A DNA stretch of 63,941 bases, filler included. It is 8 parts of 8 records of this genome, joined end to end, with 100 filler letters (N's around TTAATTAATTAA, not from the genome) between each part and the next. Parts side by side here need not be neighbours in the genome. Positions count along the whole stretch, not along the records: positions 1 to 8,175 come from DRR723986_19038; positions 8,276 to 13,565 come from DRR723986_19041; 6 more parts are not named here. One strand, 5' to 3'. Below the pieces are notes generated by a model. That model did not search any database. It was not told where the DNA came from and saw nothing but the letters and a program-made list of their open reading frames with translations. A program made the position numbers and the translations under genes. Position 1 is the first letter of the stretch; the number at the start of each line of letters is the position of its first letter. Below, piece by piece: positions 1 to 8,922 of the stretch.

Positions 1-27
1 GAGGTCTTACCATTACACAACGCCCGC
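1..27 (-). tRNA. tRNA-Gly, 5' fragment truncated by window start
   Basis: Reverse complement GCGGGCGTTGTGTAATGGTAAGACCTC gives a Gly-type acceptor strand (GCGGGCG) and a D-arm with TGGTA. The anticodon is outside the window. Confidence 0.65.
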
Positions 28-180
28 TCAACAAGGCCGTTGTTATTTCATAGCTGAATCGGCGTCAAGCGACCCTTGATGCACAAAAAGAAAATGCTGT
101 GATGCCTCCCCGCCCTGTCAGATTGCGGTCAGGCATCACGCCGCGATCTTACGCGATGCGCAAACAATCCGACAGCGCCA

Positions 181-1557
181 CTAACCCGACCAATCCAGGG
201 CAGACAAAGCATGGTGAACCTGTTGAAGCTCATTGCGCAAACTTTCCGGCGAAATCGGCCCGCCCAGACAAATCCGTAGCTTTTCTTGCCCTGCCCCGTT
301 TGGAATAAAAAAATCGCTTGGCAGGATGCCGATTTGTCGGCCGAATAGCCGCGCCAATGCTTCCGCCCTGTTTAGCCCGCTCGGAAGTGTCAGCCAGATA
401 TTAAACGCGTGCGGATCACTGTCAAAACTCTGCCCGAGCAGGGTTTCCCTTGCAATCAGCTGTCGTTCTCTGGCCGCGTTGCGCACAAAATCTTGCACCT
501 GCGCGGCGGTCCCGTCTTCGATCCAAGTGCTGAGCAAAGCCAGACTGATCGGCGATGTCATGACATGCGCCGCGCGGACCGCTTTTACAAACGGCACCAG
601 AAATGGCGCATTGGGCACCTGCACATAAGCAAGGCGCAAACCTGCGCCAAACACCTTGGATATGCCCGCAATGTGCCAACCAAGATCCGGCAGACTGTCA
701 CAAATCGGCGCAGGGGCATCTGCGGCCACAAACCGGTAGGCGTCATCCTCAATCAGAGGGGTGTTGTGCGCCCTCAAAACGCGCGAAATTTCGCTGCGCC
801 TTTGCGCAGGAATGGTCTGTGTAGTTGGGTTCCGCAAGGTTGGATTGAGGTACAAAACAGCGGCGGGACAGCGGGCGATTGCGGCATCTAGGGCGTCAGG
901 GGAAATCCCATGTTCATCTTCTTCGACCTCAACCAGTTCCAGCCCCAGGCGCGCGGCAATTGCGCGGATGCCCGGATAGGTCACCTGTTCGCACAGAACA
1001 ACAGTGTCCGGTTGGCGCAACACCGCAAGTGCGGCATCAATCGCAGCATGCGCGCCCGGCGCCACGGCAAATCGGTCCGGCACAAAGGACAATCCGTTTG
1101 CATGCAGCCATTTTCCGGCAATTTCCCGATCCTTGTCGCCCCCCAATGGGGTCTGATACCGCAGCAGCGGGACGATATTTGCAGCAACATGGCTGAGCCC
1201 GGCCTGCATCTGAGCTATCAATTTAGGGTCGTTGGGTTCCGGCGGCATGTTCATGCGCGAATCTTCTTCGCTTGTGCGCCGCGGATCGGCTGATGGTTTG
1301 CCTGCGCGCGGGTCCAGAACAAAGGTGCCGCGCCCGACATGAGCCTCCACATACCCACGCCGCGCGGCCTCTGCGTACCCTCTTGAAATCGCTGATATAT
1401 CTACACCCAAGACCTCTGCAATCTGCCGTTGTGGCGGCAAGCGGTCGCCAGGGTTCAATCGACCTGATGCAATGTCTGCGCCAATGGCTTCGGCAATTCC
1501 GACATAGCGCGGCAAGTCTGTTTCTCGTATTTCAGGAACCCAGTTTTTGGGGGACAT
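181..1557 (-). CDS. MocR/GabR-family regulator (GntR HTH + PLP aminotransferase-like domain)
   Basis: N-terminal GntR motif (GDRLPPQRQIAEVLGV...GRGTFV), LIEDDAY, and PLP Lys motif ISKVFGAGLR. Start placed at ATG MSPKNW. Confidence 0.93.
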   Translation of the reverse strand: MSPKNWVPEIRETDLPRYVGIAEAIGADIASGRLNPGDRLPPQRQIAEVLGVDISAISRGYAEAARRGYVEAHVGRGTFVLDPRAGKPSADPRRTSEEDSRMNMPPEPNDPKLIAQMQAGLSHVAANIVPLLRYQTPLGGDKDREIAGKWLHANGLSFVPDRFAVAPGAHAAIDAALAVLRQPDTVVLCEQVTYPGIRAIAARLGLELVEVEEDEHGISPDALDAAIARCPAAVLYLNPTLRNPTTQTIPAQRRSEISRVLRAHNTPLIEDDAYRFVAADAPAPICDSLPDLGWHIAGISKVFGAGLRLAYVQVPNAPFLVPFVKAVRAAHVMTSPISLALLSTWIEDGTAAQVQDFVRNAARERQLIARETLLGQSFDSDPHAFNIWLTLPSGLNRAEALARLFGRQIGILPSDFFIPNGAGQEKLRICLGGPISPESLRNELQQVHHALSALDWSG

Positions 1558-1632
1558 CAAGCGCACCTCATAAGGGCAGAACACAACCTAATGGTAAGCA
1601 CGCACGGCCATTGCCGCAAGTCACATCACGCA

Positions 1633-1672
1633 ATTGCATTACATTTATTCAAAATTGATTGCATTCAATTTG
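1633..1672. promoter_or_regulatory. Putative operator between divergent MocR and AraC genes
   Basis: Direct repeat ATTGCATT (1633, 1658) overlapping palindrome AAATTGA-N6-TCAATTT (1652-1671) in an AT-rich intergenic region. Confidence 0.4.
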
Positions 1673-1788
1673 CACAAAGTGTTACCATTGCAGCGACTGA
1701 CGGGCACGGAGGCCGGATATGACCGGGATTATCAGTTTACCCATTGCTACAAGGGCCGCTGCGCGGGCTCTTTCTCGGCTGCGCTAAC

Positions 1789-2799
1789 ATGCCAAGCGTC
1801 ACTGCATCATTCGTTCGCGCCACCGCACGCGTCGCTGGGCTGGCCATGACCGAGGGTGATGCCATCCTGTCCGATGGCGCGGTTGTGCATCGCGTGCGAG
1901 CGGCGGACAGCGGGCTGGCGCCGAATATGGAGTATTTCGCCCTCGTCGATTGGATCCGCGCCACTCAAGATGACGAAGCAGAGCTGGTCGCCGCCTATGC
2001 CGCAACGATCGAGCCAGAAGATCTTGGCGTGCTGGGCCTTGCCGTCAAAACCGCGCCCACCTTGCGGACCTCTCTAGAACTGCTTGCGCGATATTTCCGG
2101 CTTGTCACCGATGGCGCCGCTTACCGGTTTGACGAACGCGGCGAATTGGCGTTTCTGACCGTGGAAGAGCCAAATACACCGCACCCGACCCAGCAGTTTC
2201 GCAATGAATGTGCCTTGGCGGCGATTGCCCGCTACATCCGTTTTCACATATCGGCGGATATCCGGTTTGACTCCGTCTCGTTTCGTCACAATTGCCGCAG
2301 CACTCCGGGCGCATATAAAGCCTTGTTTGACTGCGAAGTGCGTTTTGCGACGGACCGTTGCGGCATCTCGATCCCCAAGGCGATGTTGGATACGCCCAAT
2401 AGATCAAGCGATCCGGCGGTTTGCGCCTATCTGACACAACATCTGGAACAAGAGCTGAGCAAGCTGCGCAGCGAGTCCCCCCTGGGCGTTGAACTGCTTG
2501 GCCTACTGGCAGAGGCGCTGGATGATGGGGCACCACAGGCCAATCAGATTGCCGCGCAGATGGGGATGAGCGAACGCACGCTTTATCGACGCCTTGCCTC
2601 TGAAGGGCTGACGTACCGCGATGTCTTACGGCAGGCCCAGACCACCTTGGCGCAAAAACTACTGATCGACAGTGATTTTTCCATTGCCGAAATCGCCTTT
2701 CTCACAGGGTTTTCCGAGCAAAGCACCTTTAGCCGCGCGTTTAAACGGTGGGTGGGCCAAGCGCCCGCGCAGTTCAGGCAGCAAAGATCCGCACAATAA
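1789..2799 (+). CDS. AraC-family regulator (OruR-like N-terminal ligand domain)
   Basis: C-terminal double HTH (IAAQMGMSERTLYRRL; SIAEIAFLTGFSEQSTFSRAFKRWVG) and N-terminal LGVLGLAVKTAPTL typical of this subfamily. Confidence 0.93.
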   Translation: MPSVTASFVRATARVAGLAMTEGDAILSDGAVVHRVRAADSGLAPNMEYFALVDWIRATQDDEAELVAAYAATIEPEDLGVLGLAVKTAPTLRTSLELLARYFRLVTDGAAYRFDERGELAFLTVEEPNTPHPTQQFRNECALAAIARYIRFHISADIRFDSVSFRHNCRSTPGAYKALFDCEVRFATDRCGISIPKAMLDTPNRSSDPAVCAYLTQHLEQELSKLRSESPLGVELLGLLAEALDDGAPQANQIAAQMGMSERTLYRRLASEGLTYRDVLRQAQTTLAQKLLIDSDFSIAEIAFLTGFSEQSTFSRAFKRWVGQAPAQFRQQRSAQ

Positions 2800-2818
2800 G
2801 CAGCGCAGCACCGCAAGA

Positions 2819-2856
2819 TGGCAGGAACAGCCCGAAGCTTGGCAGGCTCGGCTAAG
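2819..2856 (+). promoter_or_regulatory. Putative AraC-type tandem site 1
   Basis: TGGCAG at 2819 and 2840 (21-bp spacing). Proximal half is TGGCAG-N4-GGCTAAG. Confidence 0.55.
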
Positions 2857-2881
2857 ACCACCCCTCCTTCGATTGACTAAA

Positions 2882-2947
2882 CCAAAAGCGAAAAGCCGCT
2901 TTGGCGATTTCCCCTGCGGGAAAGACCAAAGCGGCGCTGACTTTTGG
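2882..2947 (+). other. Extended leader hairpin
   Basis: Nested pairings CCAAAAG/CTTTTGG, GCCGCTTTGG/CCAAAGCGGC, TTTCCC/GGGAAA. Confidence 0.6.
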
Positions 2948-2956
2948 AGAACTTTA

Positions 2957-3049
2957 ATGCCACTTTCAAACAAGGACGCCGCTTCAACGCCCTACCACCA
3001 CACCCGGCGGGCATCTACCTTTTCAGACCACCGCTTCCCGCTGGGCTGA
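2957..3049 (+). CDS. Possible 30-aa upstream ORF coupled to the PagL-like gene
   Basis: GGAG SD at about 2946-2949, ATG at 2957, stop TGA ends at 3049, one base (3050) before the ATG at 3051. Confidence 0.3.
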   Translation: MPLSNKDAASTPYHHTRRASTFSDHRFPLG

Positions 3050-3050
3050 C

Positions 3051-3542
3051 ATGAAACATCTGCAAATCCTCACGTTCGCCGCCTGCCTCGCTCTTGCCCC
3101 CTCGGCGCAGGCCTCTGAAGTTGTTATTGGTTTCGGTGCGGTGGAATTCAATTCGAACCTCGCCCCCAATGACCGGCAGTTCACTTTTGAATATCGGTTT
3201 GATCCTTACCGGGAATGGGACAAAGGCCAGATCGGCTGGGGCGTGGCGGTTGTCGGCCATGCGGCGGGGGATGTCTGGGCAGGTGCGGGGCTGATCGCGC
3301 AGCGCCAGCTTGGCCGTCGTTGGTTTGCCGAAGCCAGCCTGATGCCCGGACTTTACTTTGAGAATGGGCCCGCGACTGCTTTGGGGCATACCATCGAATT
3401 CCGGTCGGTGCTGGCGATAGGGTATGAGATCACAGAAACCTCGTCGATATCCCTCGCCATTGATCACCGATCCAATGCCGGTTTGTCGGAATTCAATCCC
3501 GGCTCAAACGGGTTGAGCCTCAGGTTCCATAACAAGTTTTAG
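3051..3542 (+). CDS. Acyloxyacyl hydrolase / PagL-like lipid A deacylase beta-barrel
   Basis: Signal peptide (AQA), alternating beta-strand pattern, catalytic H-x-S-N-A-G...N-P-G motif (DHRSNAGLSEFNPG), C-terminal Phe. Confidence 0.85.
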   Translation: MKHLQILTFAACLALAPSAQASEVVIGFGAVEFNSNLAPNDRQFTFEYRFDPYREWDKGQIGWGVAVVGHAAGDVWAGAGLIAQRQLGRRWFAEASLMPGLYFENGPATALGHTIEFRSVLAIGYEITETSSISLAIDHRSNAGLSEFNPGSNGLSLRFHNKF

Positions 3543-3565
3543 CGCCAATACCATGCCGCACGACG

Positions 3566-3748
3566 TCAGTCTGAAAGACCGCGGTCAATCTCACGGGTTG
3601 CCACGAATGTCGGCTGCGGCACGGCTTGCACGCTTGCATCATTGTTCCGGCCAAAAAGGGCCTTGGACATCGTAACGGGCAAGAGCAGAAGGCTGACCGC
3701 GACACCTGCGGCGATAGCTGTGAGAGCCAATGAAGTCATACTTTGCAT
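3566..3748 (-). CDS. Small single-TM hypothetical protein (60 aa)
   Basis: TAAGGA SD before ATG, hydrophobic LALTAIAAGVAVSLLLLPV, preceded by the recurring regulatory motif. Confidence 0.5.
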   Translation of the reverse strand: MQSMTSLALTAIAAGVAVSLLLLPVTMSKALFGRNNDASVQAVPQPTFVATREIDRGLSD

Positions 3749-3831
3749 TGCGAATGTCCTTAAATGTGCCGGGCGGCAGAGGTGTAATATTGTCGATGTC
3801 ACATCACTTTAGCGAATGCCCCCGGCACGTT

Positions 3832-3869
3832 CTTGTCCGCCGCTGCCAAGGGGATGGCAATTTCTGCCA
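3832..3869 (-). promoter_or_regulatory. Putative AraC-type tandem site 2
   Basis: Minus-strand TGGCAG starting at 3869 and 3848 (21-bp spacing). Proximal half is TGGCAG-N4-GGACAAG. Confidence 0.55.
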
Positions 3870-3976
3870 AATGCATGATCAATTCTGACGCTAACTCACT
3901 GATTTAAATTGCCTTAACTCGCAACAGATGGCGCTCAAAGAACCAACTTACGCAAACCCTCCCCTTCCCGCCGGTC

Positions 3977-4081
3977 TATACAGGTTAGTCTGCAAGAAAA
4001 AGTGAACAAAAACATCGTGTATCAGGTAGTTTGACTTTGCCAGACACGCCGGAATATGCAAAAAGTAGACAGAACAGTCTG
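3977..4081. promoter_or_regulatory. Two putative TetR operators
   Basis: TATACAGGTTAGTCTG (3977-3992) and TAGACAGAACAGTCTG (4066-4081), an imperfect AGAC-N6-GTCT palindrome upstream of tetR. Confidence 0.5.
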
Positions 4082-4096
4082 ATTGGTTTTGAGAAC

Positions 4097-4699
4097 ATGG
4101 CAGCCCCCCGTCGCGACGAACTCGTCGAAACAGCACTGAAGCTCTTCTATACGGGCGGTTTTAACGCCACCGGGATCGACAAGATCCTTGGCGAGTCCGG
4201 CGTGGCCAAGATGACCCTCTACAATCATTTCCGCTCCAAGGATGAGCTGATCCTTGCCGCTCTGCGACGCCGTGATGAGAAATTTCGCAATTGGCTCATG
4301 GGTGAGATGAAGAAAGCGGGCCCTGCCCCGCGGGCCCAGATTTTGGCGATGTTTGACGCACTAGAAGACTGGTTTGAAGGCAATGCATTCAAGGAATTCG
4401 GCTTTTACGGCTGTGCATTCATCAATGCGGCCAGCGAATTTGGCGATCAAAAGCATCCCGCCCACCGAATGGCCGCAGAGCACAAGCAAAGCGTTGTTGA
4501 TCACCTTGAGCAGGTTTGCCGCAAGGCGGGTGCTACCGCACCTCTCGAACTGGCAGAGCAACTTGCCCTGATCAAAGAAGGCGCGATTGCCACCGCCCAC
4601 GTGCGCGGCATGCCGGGGGCGGCGCAGACCGCTAAATTGGTCGCAGCGGCGTTGATGGATGCAACATTGGGACCGGATACCCCCGCAGGGCACCTTTGA
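4097..4699 (+). CDS. TetR/AcrR-family regulator
   Basis: HTH ALKLFYTGGFNATGIDKILGESGVAKMTLYNHFRSKDEL and C-terminal GCAFINAA motif. Confidence 0.93.
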   Translation: MAAPRRDELVETALKLFYTGGFNATGIDKILGESGVAKMTLYNHFRSKDELILAALRRRDEKFRNWLMGEMKKAGPAPRAQILAMFDALEDWFEGNAFKEFGFYGCAFINAASEFGDQKHPAHRMAAEHKQSVVDHLEQVCRKAGATAPLELAEQLALIKEGAIATAHVRGMPGAAQTAKLVAAALMDATLGPDTPAGHL

Positions 4700-4809
4700 A
4701 ACTTTGATTTGCTCTTAGGCCGTGACGCGCCTCATGCGATGCGACGACCCCATGGAAGGGGGCAGAAGACTGCGAGTGTCCCTGCCCCGTATCATCCGTT
4801 CATTGCACC

Positions 4810-5970
4810 TCAGAATTTCCAACGCGCCCCGATCACGGCAACGTCAATATCCGCGACTGGAACCGATGCTCCCGTTAGCTCGTAGTTTCGATAACCTGCG
4901 TATAGTTCAGTGTTATAACGATCCCATTTCTGAACAATACCAAGGCCATAGGATTTGGACTGAGATCCGATACCGGCAAGGTCATCCCCTTTGAACAGAT
5001 CAAAAGACACAGCCGTTTCGCCCATATCAATCCAGCGTCGTTTCAAGCCCAGTTTGAGATAGGTGTAATCGGCACCGGTATCTTGTTGCCGTCCCGTTGC
5101 AAATGCCAGGTTCAGGCCGGTCGCCTTGTGAAAGACCGCAATGGATGACGCAACTGTTGAGCGATCGGAACCCGCCCAAGCATAGCCAATCCGGCCAGAA
5201 ACTTTGAACTGATCAAGATCCCGGTCATAACGAAGCGCCAGATCGTAGTAATCCCGGTCATCCCCATGGCGCAGCACCTCTTTCCCGGCAGAGATTGCAA
5301 GGCCAAAGCCGTTGTATTGGGCGCTGTCATAACGCAGCCGAAACCGACGCGCGCCATCGAAGTTTCGGAATGCGCCATTGATGGTGGTTCCAGATCCCGC
5401 GCCGCTTGCGGTATGAAATTCGGCACTGCCTGCCAACGCATTGATACTAGAATAATGCACAACGCTGGTCCCGGAAAAGTCCGTTTCTGCAACGCCATCT
5501 GTTGCGGTGCTTCCCTGACCAAAAGACAAGGCGCCATAGGCGGGCGTGCTGTACACCACCTCCAATTTTCGCAACTCGGTACGCCGCCATTTCAGGTCCA
5601 GGTCATTGTCGTCAAGGGTTGCCGCCGCCGATCCCGAAAACCCCAGCCCGCTTTCAAAATGGAACTTCAGCCTGTGCCCATTGGCCAGTTCGGTCTGGTG
5701 GATGATGCCGATCCGGCTGTTCGAATTGTCATTGTCGGTAAGGTAGGTGTCATTGCTTTGACCATCGTCGACATGAAAAATCCCGAAGTTAAGTTGGCCA
5801 TAAAATTCGAATGCGGGCTGCTCGGCTTCTCCGGCGCGGGCCAAACCGGCCGAGGCCAGAAAGGCAAAAGCTGTTGCCACCCCAAGGCCGCGCAACCGCA
5901 GCTTGGGCCTGGCTTCAATTGGATGCTGACCTATGGCAGCGAGCGCGTTGTGATCTGGTATCTGCTGCAT
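4810..5970 (-). CDS. Outer-membrane porin
   Basis: AGGAG SD, signal peptide, FYGQLN...NSRIG N-terminal porin motif, C-terminal GARWKF. Confidence 0.85.
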   Translation of the reverse strand: MQQIPDHNALAAIGQHPIEARPKLRLRGLGVATAFAFLASAGLARAGEAEQPAFEFYGQLNFGIFHVDDGQSNDTYLTDNDNSNSRIGIIHQTELANGHRLKFHFESGLGFSGSAAATLDDNDLDLKWRRTELRKLEVVYSTPAYGALSFGQGSTATDGVAETDFSGTSVVHYSSINALAGSAEFHTASGAGSGTTINGAFRNFDGARRFRLRYDSAQYNGFGLAISAGKEVLRHGDDRDYYDLALRYDRDLDQFKVSGRIGYAWAGSDRSTVASSIAVFHKATGLNLAFATGRQQDTGADYTYLKLGLKRRWIDMGETAVSFDLFKGDDLAGIGSQSKSYGLGIVQKWDRYNTELYAGYRNYELTGASVPVADIDVAVIGARWKF

Positions 5971-6071
5971 TTCAAATGCTCCTAACTCATCGGGTTCATC
6001 GGCAAGCCGGCATTCAATCCAATGACCTGGCGCCGGGCTGACCAAGATCTAAGGATGCCTTGAGGTGATTT

Positions 6072-6109
6072 CTTGGCCCTACCGGCCAGCGATATGCCCC
6101 GCCACGCCA
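6072..6109 (-). promoter_or_regulatory. Putative AraC-type tandem site 3
   Basis: Minus-strand TGGCGT (6109) and TGGCCG (6088), 21-bp spacing. Proximal half is TGGCCG-N4-GGCCAAG. Confidence 0.5.
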
Positions 6110-6370
6110 ATCGTTGAGTTCTCTTAAGAAAATCCAGCGCTGCGTATTGCTGTTGCACGGTAGCTTGCCTGCCTTTTTGCCGCAGAGAACCTACCGTCGG
6201 CCTGATATGCAGATGAATTTGAAACCGCGCTTTCAATTTCAAAAACACCTTTATATCAAACAGAAAGGCCGCGCTTCATTTCGAAATTCACCATATTTAC
6301 ATTAGCCTTTGGCCACACAAAGCCTCCAAATCTGACCAGAAGCCGGGCAACCTATCTTCCCGTCAAAGCA

Positions 6371-6408
6371 TGGCAGGATCTGCCCAAACCTTGGCCGAAA
6401 AGGCCAAT
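6371..6408 (+). promoter_or_regulatory. Putative AraC-type tandem site 4
   Basis: TGGCAG (6371) and TGGCCG (6392), 21-bp spacing. Proximal half is TGGCCG-N4-GGCCAAT. Confidence 0.5.
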
Positions 6409-6831
6409 ATTTGCGGCGCTGCACCTCCTACATCTGGCTCATCGATCAACCGAGAGATGCCAATTGGCCGATGCCCGATTTCCCTAAGGCAAAGGCTTTG
6501 CATCTCTCCACACGGAGAAGCTGGAATGACCCATCCGGACCACATGACCTGCCCCGTCTGGCGCACTGCGGCACCGTCCACTCGCCGCAATGCATGCCGC
6601 GGTTCCGGGCGCGTTCCAGCTTCTCCGCCAGTGATGTCCCGCGCGCCGTTCAGGTCAGGCATACGCCGCCCCAATGAAAGGCTGTTTGCCATCGCAACAA
6701 CCCTCGTCATTTGGCCTGTCTTGGCCGCGTTGGTGGAAACCTACCATCAAGACAAAGCAGCCAGACAACACCTTTCCCCAAGCCACTTTCGGACCCTCCC
6801 ATCCGTCCCGACCCCAAAAGTGGCAAACTCC

Positions 6832-6880
6832 AGCGCTCCGGTTTTTCCTGTGCCTGCCGCATTGGCCGGGGCGCTTTTTT
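6832..6880 (+). terminator. Intrinsic terminator-like hairpin just upstream of the DUF1348 gene
   Basis: AGCGCTCCGGTT/GGCCGGGGCGCT stem (with G-U pairs) ending in a T6 run. Confidence 0.5.
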
Positions 6881-6901
6881 CTCAAACCACGAGGCTTTGA
6901 T

Positions 6902-7366
6902 ATGACGCGCCCACCCCTTCCTCCGTTCACATTGGAAACCGCCGAACAAAAGGTTCGGATGGCCGAAGACGGCTGGAACTCCAAGACCCCTGAAAAGGTC
7001 GCCCTTGCCTACTCCGTCGATAGCGTTTGGCGAAACCGCGCGACCTTTCTCAAAGGACGCGGCGAGATTGTGAGCTTTCTAACGGACAAATGGGCGCAAG
7101 AACTGGAGTACCGGCTGATCAAAGAGCTTTGGGCGTTCTCGGGCAACCGGATCGCCGTGCGGTTCGCCTATGAATGGCACAGCGCGGCAGGGCAATGGTT
7201 TCGGTCCTACGGCAATGAGAATTGGGAATTTGCCCCCGATGGCCTGATGAGATGGCGGATCGCGTCCATCAACGATTTGCCGATCAAAGAGGCAGACCGC
7301 CTGTTTCATTGGTCTGAGCCCGCCCGCCCGATGAGCCACAAGGGGCTGACCGAATTGGGCCTCTAG
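6902..7366 (+). CDS. DUF1348 / SnoaL-like NTF2-fold protein
   Basis: [12 protein letters not shown]...WRNR...[21 protein letters not shown]...SYGNENWEF signature. Confidence 0.92.
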   Translation: MTRPPLPPFTLETAEQKVRMAEDGWNSKTPEKVALAYSVDSVWRNRATFLKGRGEIVSFLTDKWAQELEYRLIKELWAFSGNRIAVRFAYEWHSAAGQWFRSYGNENWEFAPDGLMRWRIASINDLPIKEADRLFHWSEPARPMSHKGLTELGL

Positions 7367-7554
7367 ACCCAAGATAATACGAATTCCGGCCTGCTTTTCA
7401 TGCGGGCTGGCGCAAAAGGAAAGTGGATCAACTGCAATCGCATTCTGATCAACACGGCCCGTTTGGCCGTGAACAGGAAAGATCTGCCCAACGTTCCACT
7501 GCCCTGAAATCGCAGCGCAATCCGCACTGCACAACCAACCCAAGGAGACAATCA

Positions 7555-8175
7555 ATGACACACGAACATGACCACGGTTGCGGATGCGGCCACACGGAAG
7601 AAACCGTCGATCTGGCCCGCCGCCGCGTTCTGGCAAGTGTCGCCGCTGCTGGTGTGGCCGGTGCGGCCAGCGTCGCGGGCAGCGGCGCTCAGGCAGCAAC
7701 AGATGAAGCCAAGGCGCTTTATGCCGATCCGGAAAATCCCGGCCTGCCACAGATCGACATGACTATCGAACCGGGGCGCACCGCATTGGTGGTGACCGAT
7801 CCGCAGATCGACTTTCTGTCAGAGGACGGTGTAACCTGGGGCGTGGTCGGCGAAAGCGTCACCGAGCAGGGCACCGTAGACAACATCGAAGAGCTGTTCA
7901 AAGCGGCGAAGGCAGCTGGCATGCCGGTTTTTATCTCGCCCCACTATTATTATCCGCATGATCACAAATGGAACTTTGAAGGCACCCTTGAGGCCACAAT
8001 GCACTCCATCGGGATGTTTGACCGGCTTGGCCCGCTAAACCTCGACAATTTCGAGGGGTCCGGCGCCGATTGGATGCCGCAGTACAAGAAATACATCGAA
8101 GACGGCGAGACCATCGTTTGCTCCCCCCACAAGGTTTATAGCCCAGCGCAGAACGATCTGAACCTGCAGCTGCGC
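7555..8175 (+). CDS. Isochorismatase-family cysteine hydrolase with Tat signal (3' truncated)
   Basis: AAGGAG SD, twin-Arg leader ARRRVL...AQA, TALVVTDPQIDF and PHK motifs. Runs into the linker. Confidence 0.85.
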
Positions 8176-8275
8176 NNNNNNNNNNNNNNNNNNNNNNNNN
8201 NNNNNNNNNNNNNNNNNNNTTAATTAATTAANNNNNNNNNNNNNNNNNNNNNNNNNNNNNNNNNNNNNNNNNNNN
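8176..8275. other. Artificial contig linker
   Basis: N44-TTAATTAATTAA-N44, with stops in all six frames. Confidence 0.99.
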
Positions 8276-8738
8276 CATCGTGCCGGGCTACGGCATGGCG
8301 GTGGCGCAGGCCCAGGGCAGCGTATCCGAACTGACCCGCCGTTTGCGCGGCAAGGGCAAAGAGGTGCGTTTTGCCATCCACCCGGTGGCAGGGCGCCTGC
8401 CCGGCCATATGAACGTGCTGTTGGCCGAGGCCAAAGTGCCCTATGACATCGTGATGGAAATGGATGAAATCAACGAAGATTTCCCCCAGACAGACGTTGT
8501 TATCGTGATCGGCTCGAACGACATTGTGAACCCTGCCGCACAAGAAGACCCGAACTCGCCCATCGCGGGCATGCCGGTGCTAGAGGTGTGGAAGGCCAAG
8601 CAGGTGTTTGTTTCGAAACGTGGGCAGGGCACGGGCTATTCGGGTATCGAAAACCCGCTGTTCTACAAAGAAAACACCCGCATGTTCTATGGCGATGCTA
8701 AGAAATCGCTGGACGAGCTGTTGACCAAAATCACCTGA
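8276..8738 (+). CDS. pntB: NAD(P) transhydrogenase beta subunit, C-terminal part
   Basis: [41 protein letters not shown]. Confidence 0.96.
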
Positions 8739-8761
8739 TTGGTGGTGGATATCACAAATGC

Positions 8762-8796
8762 AAGGGGCGCCCAATGTGGCGCCCCTTTGCTGTTTT
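8762..8796 (+). terminator. Intrinsic terminator after pntB
   Basis: AAGGGGCGCC/GGCGCCCCTT stem with a T-rich tail. Confidence 0.75.
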
Positions 8797-8922
8797 GGCC
8801 GTGGGTTTTCGCGGCCCTATGCGGATGTATACAGTTGTATTCCGCCAACTTATTGAATTCTAACAAAAAAACTTTACAATCCCCGAAAACAGCGTAGCGT
8901 GCCCCAATAGCGAGAGTGTTTC

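Noticed and set aside
8220-8231. TTAATTAATTAA recurring seven times as a biological repeat
   Set aside because: Always centred in identical N runs. It is an artificial six-frame-stop linker.
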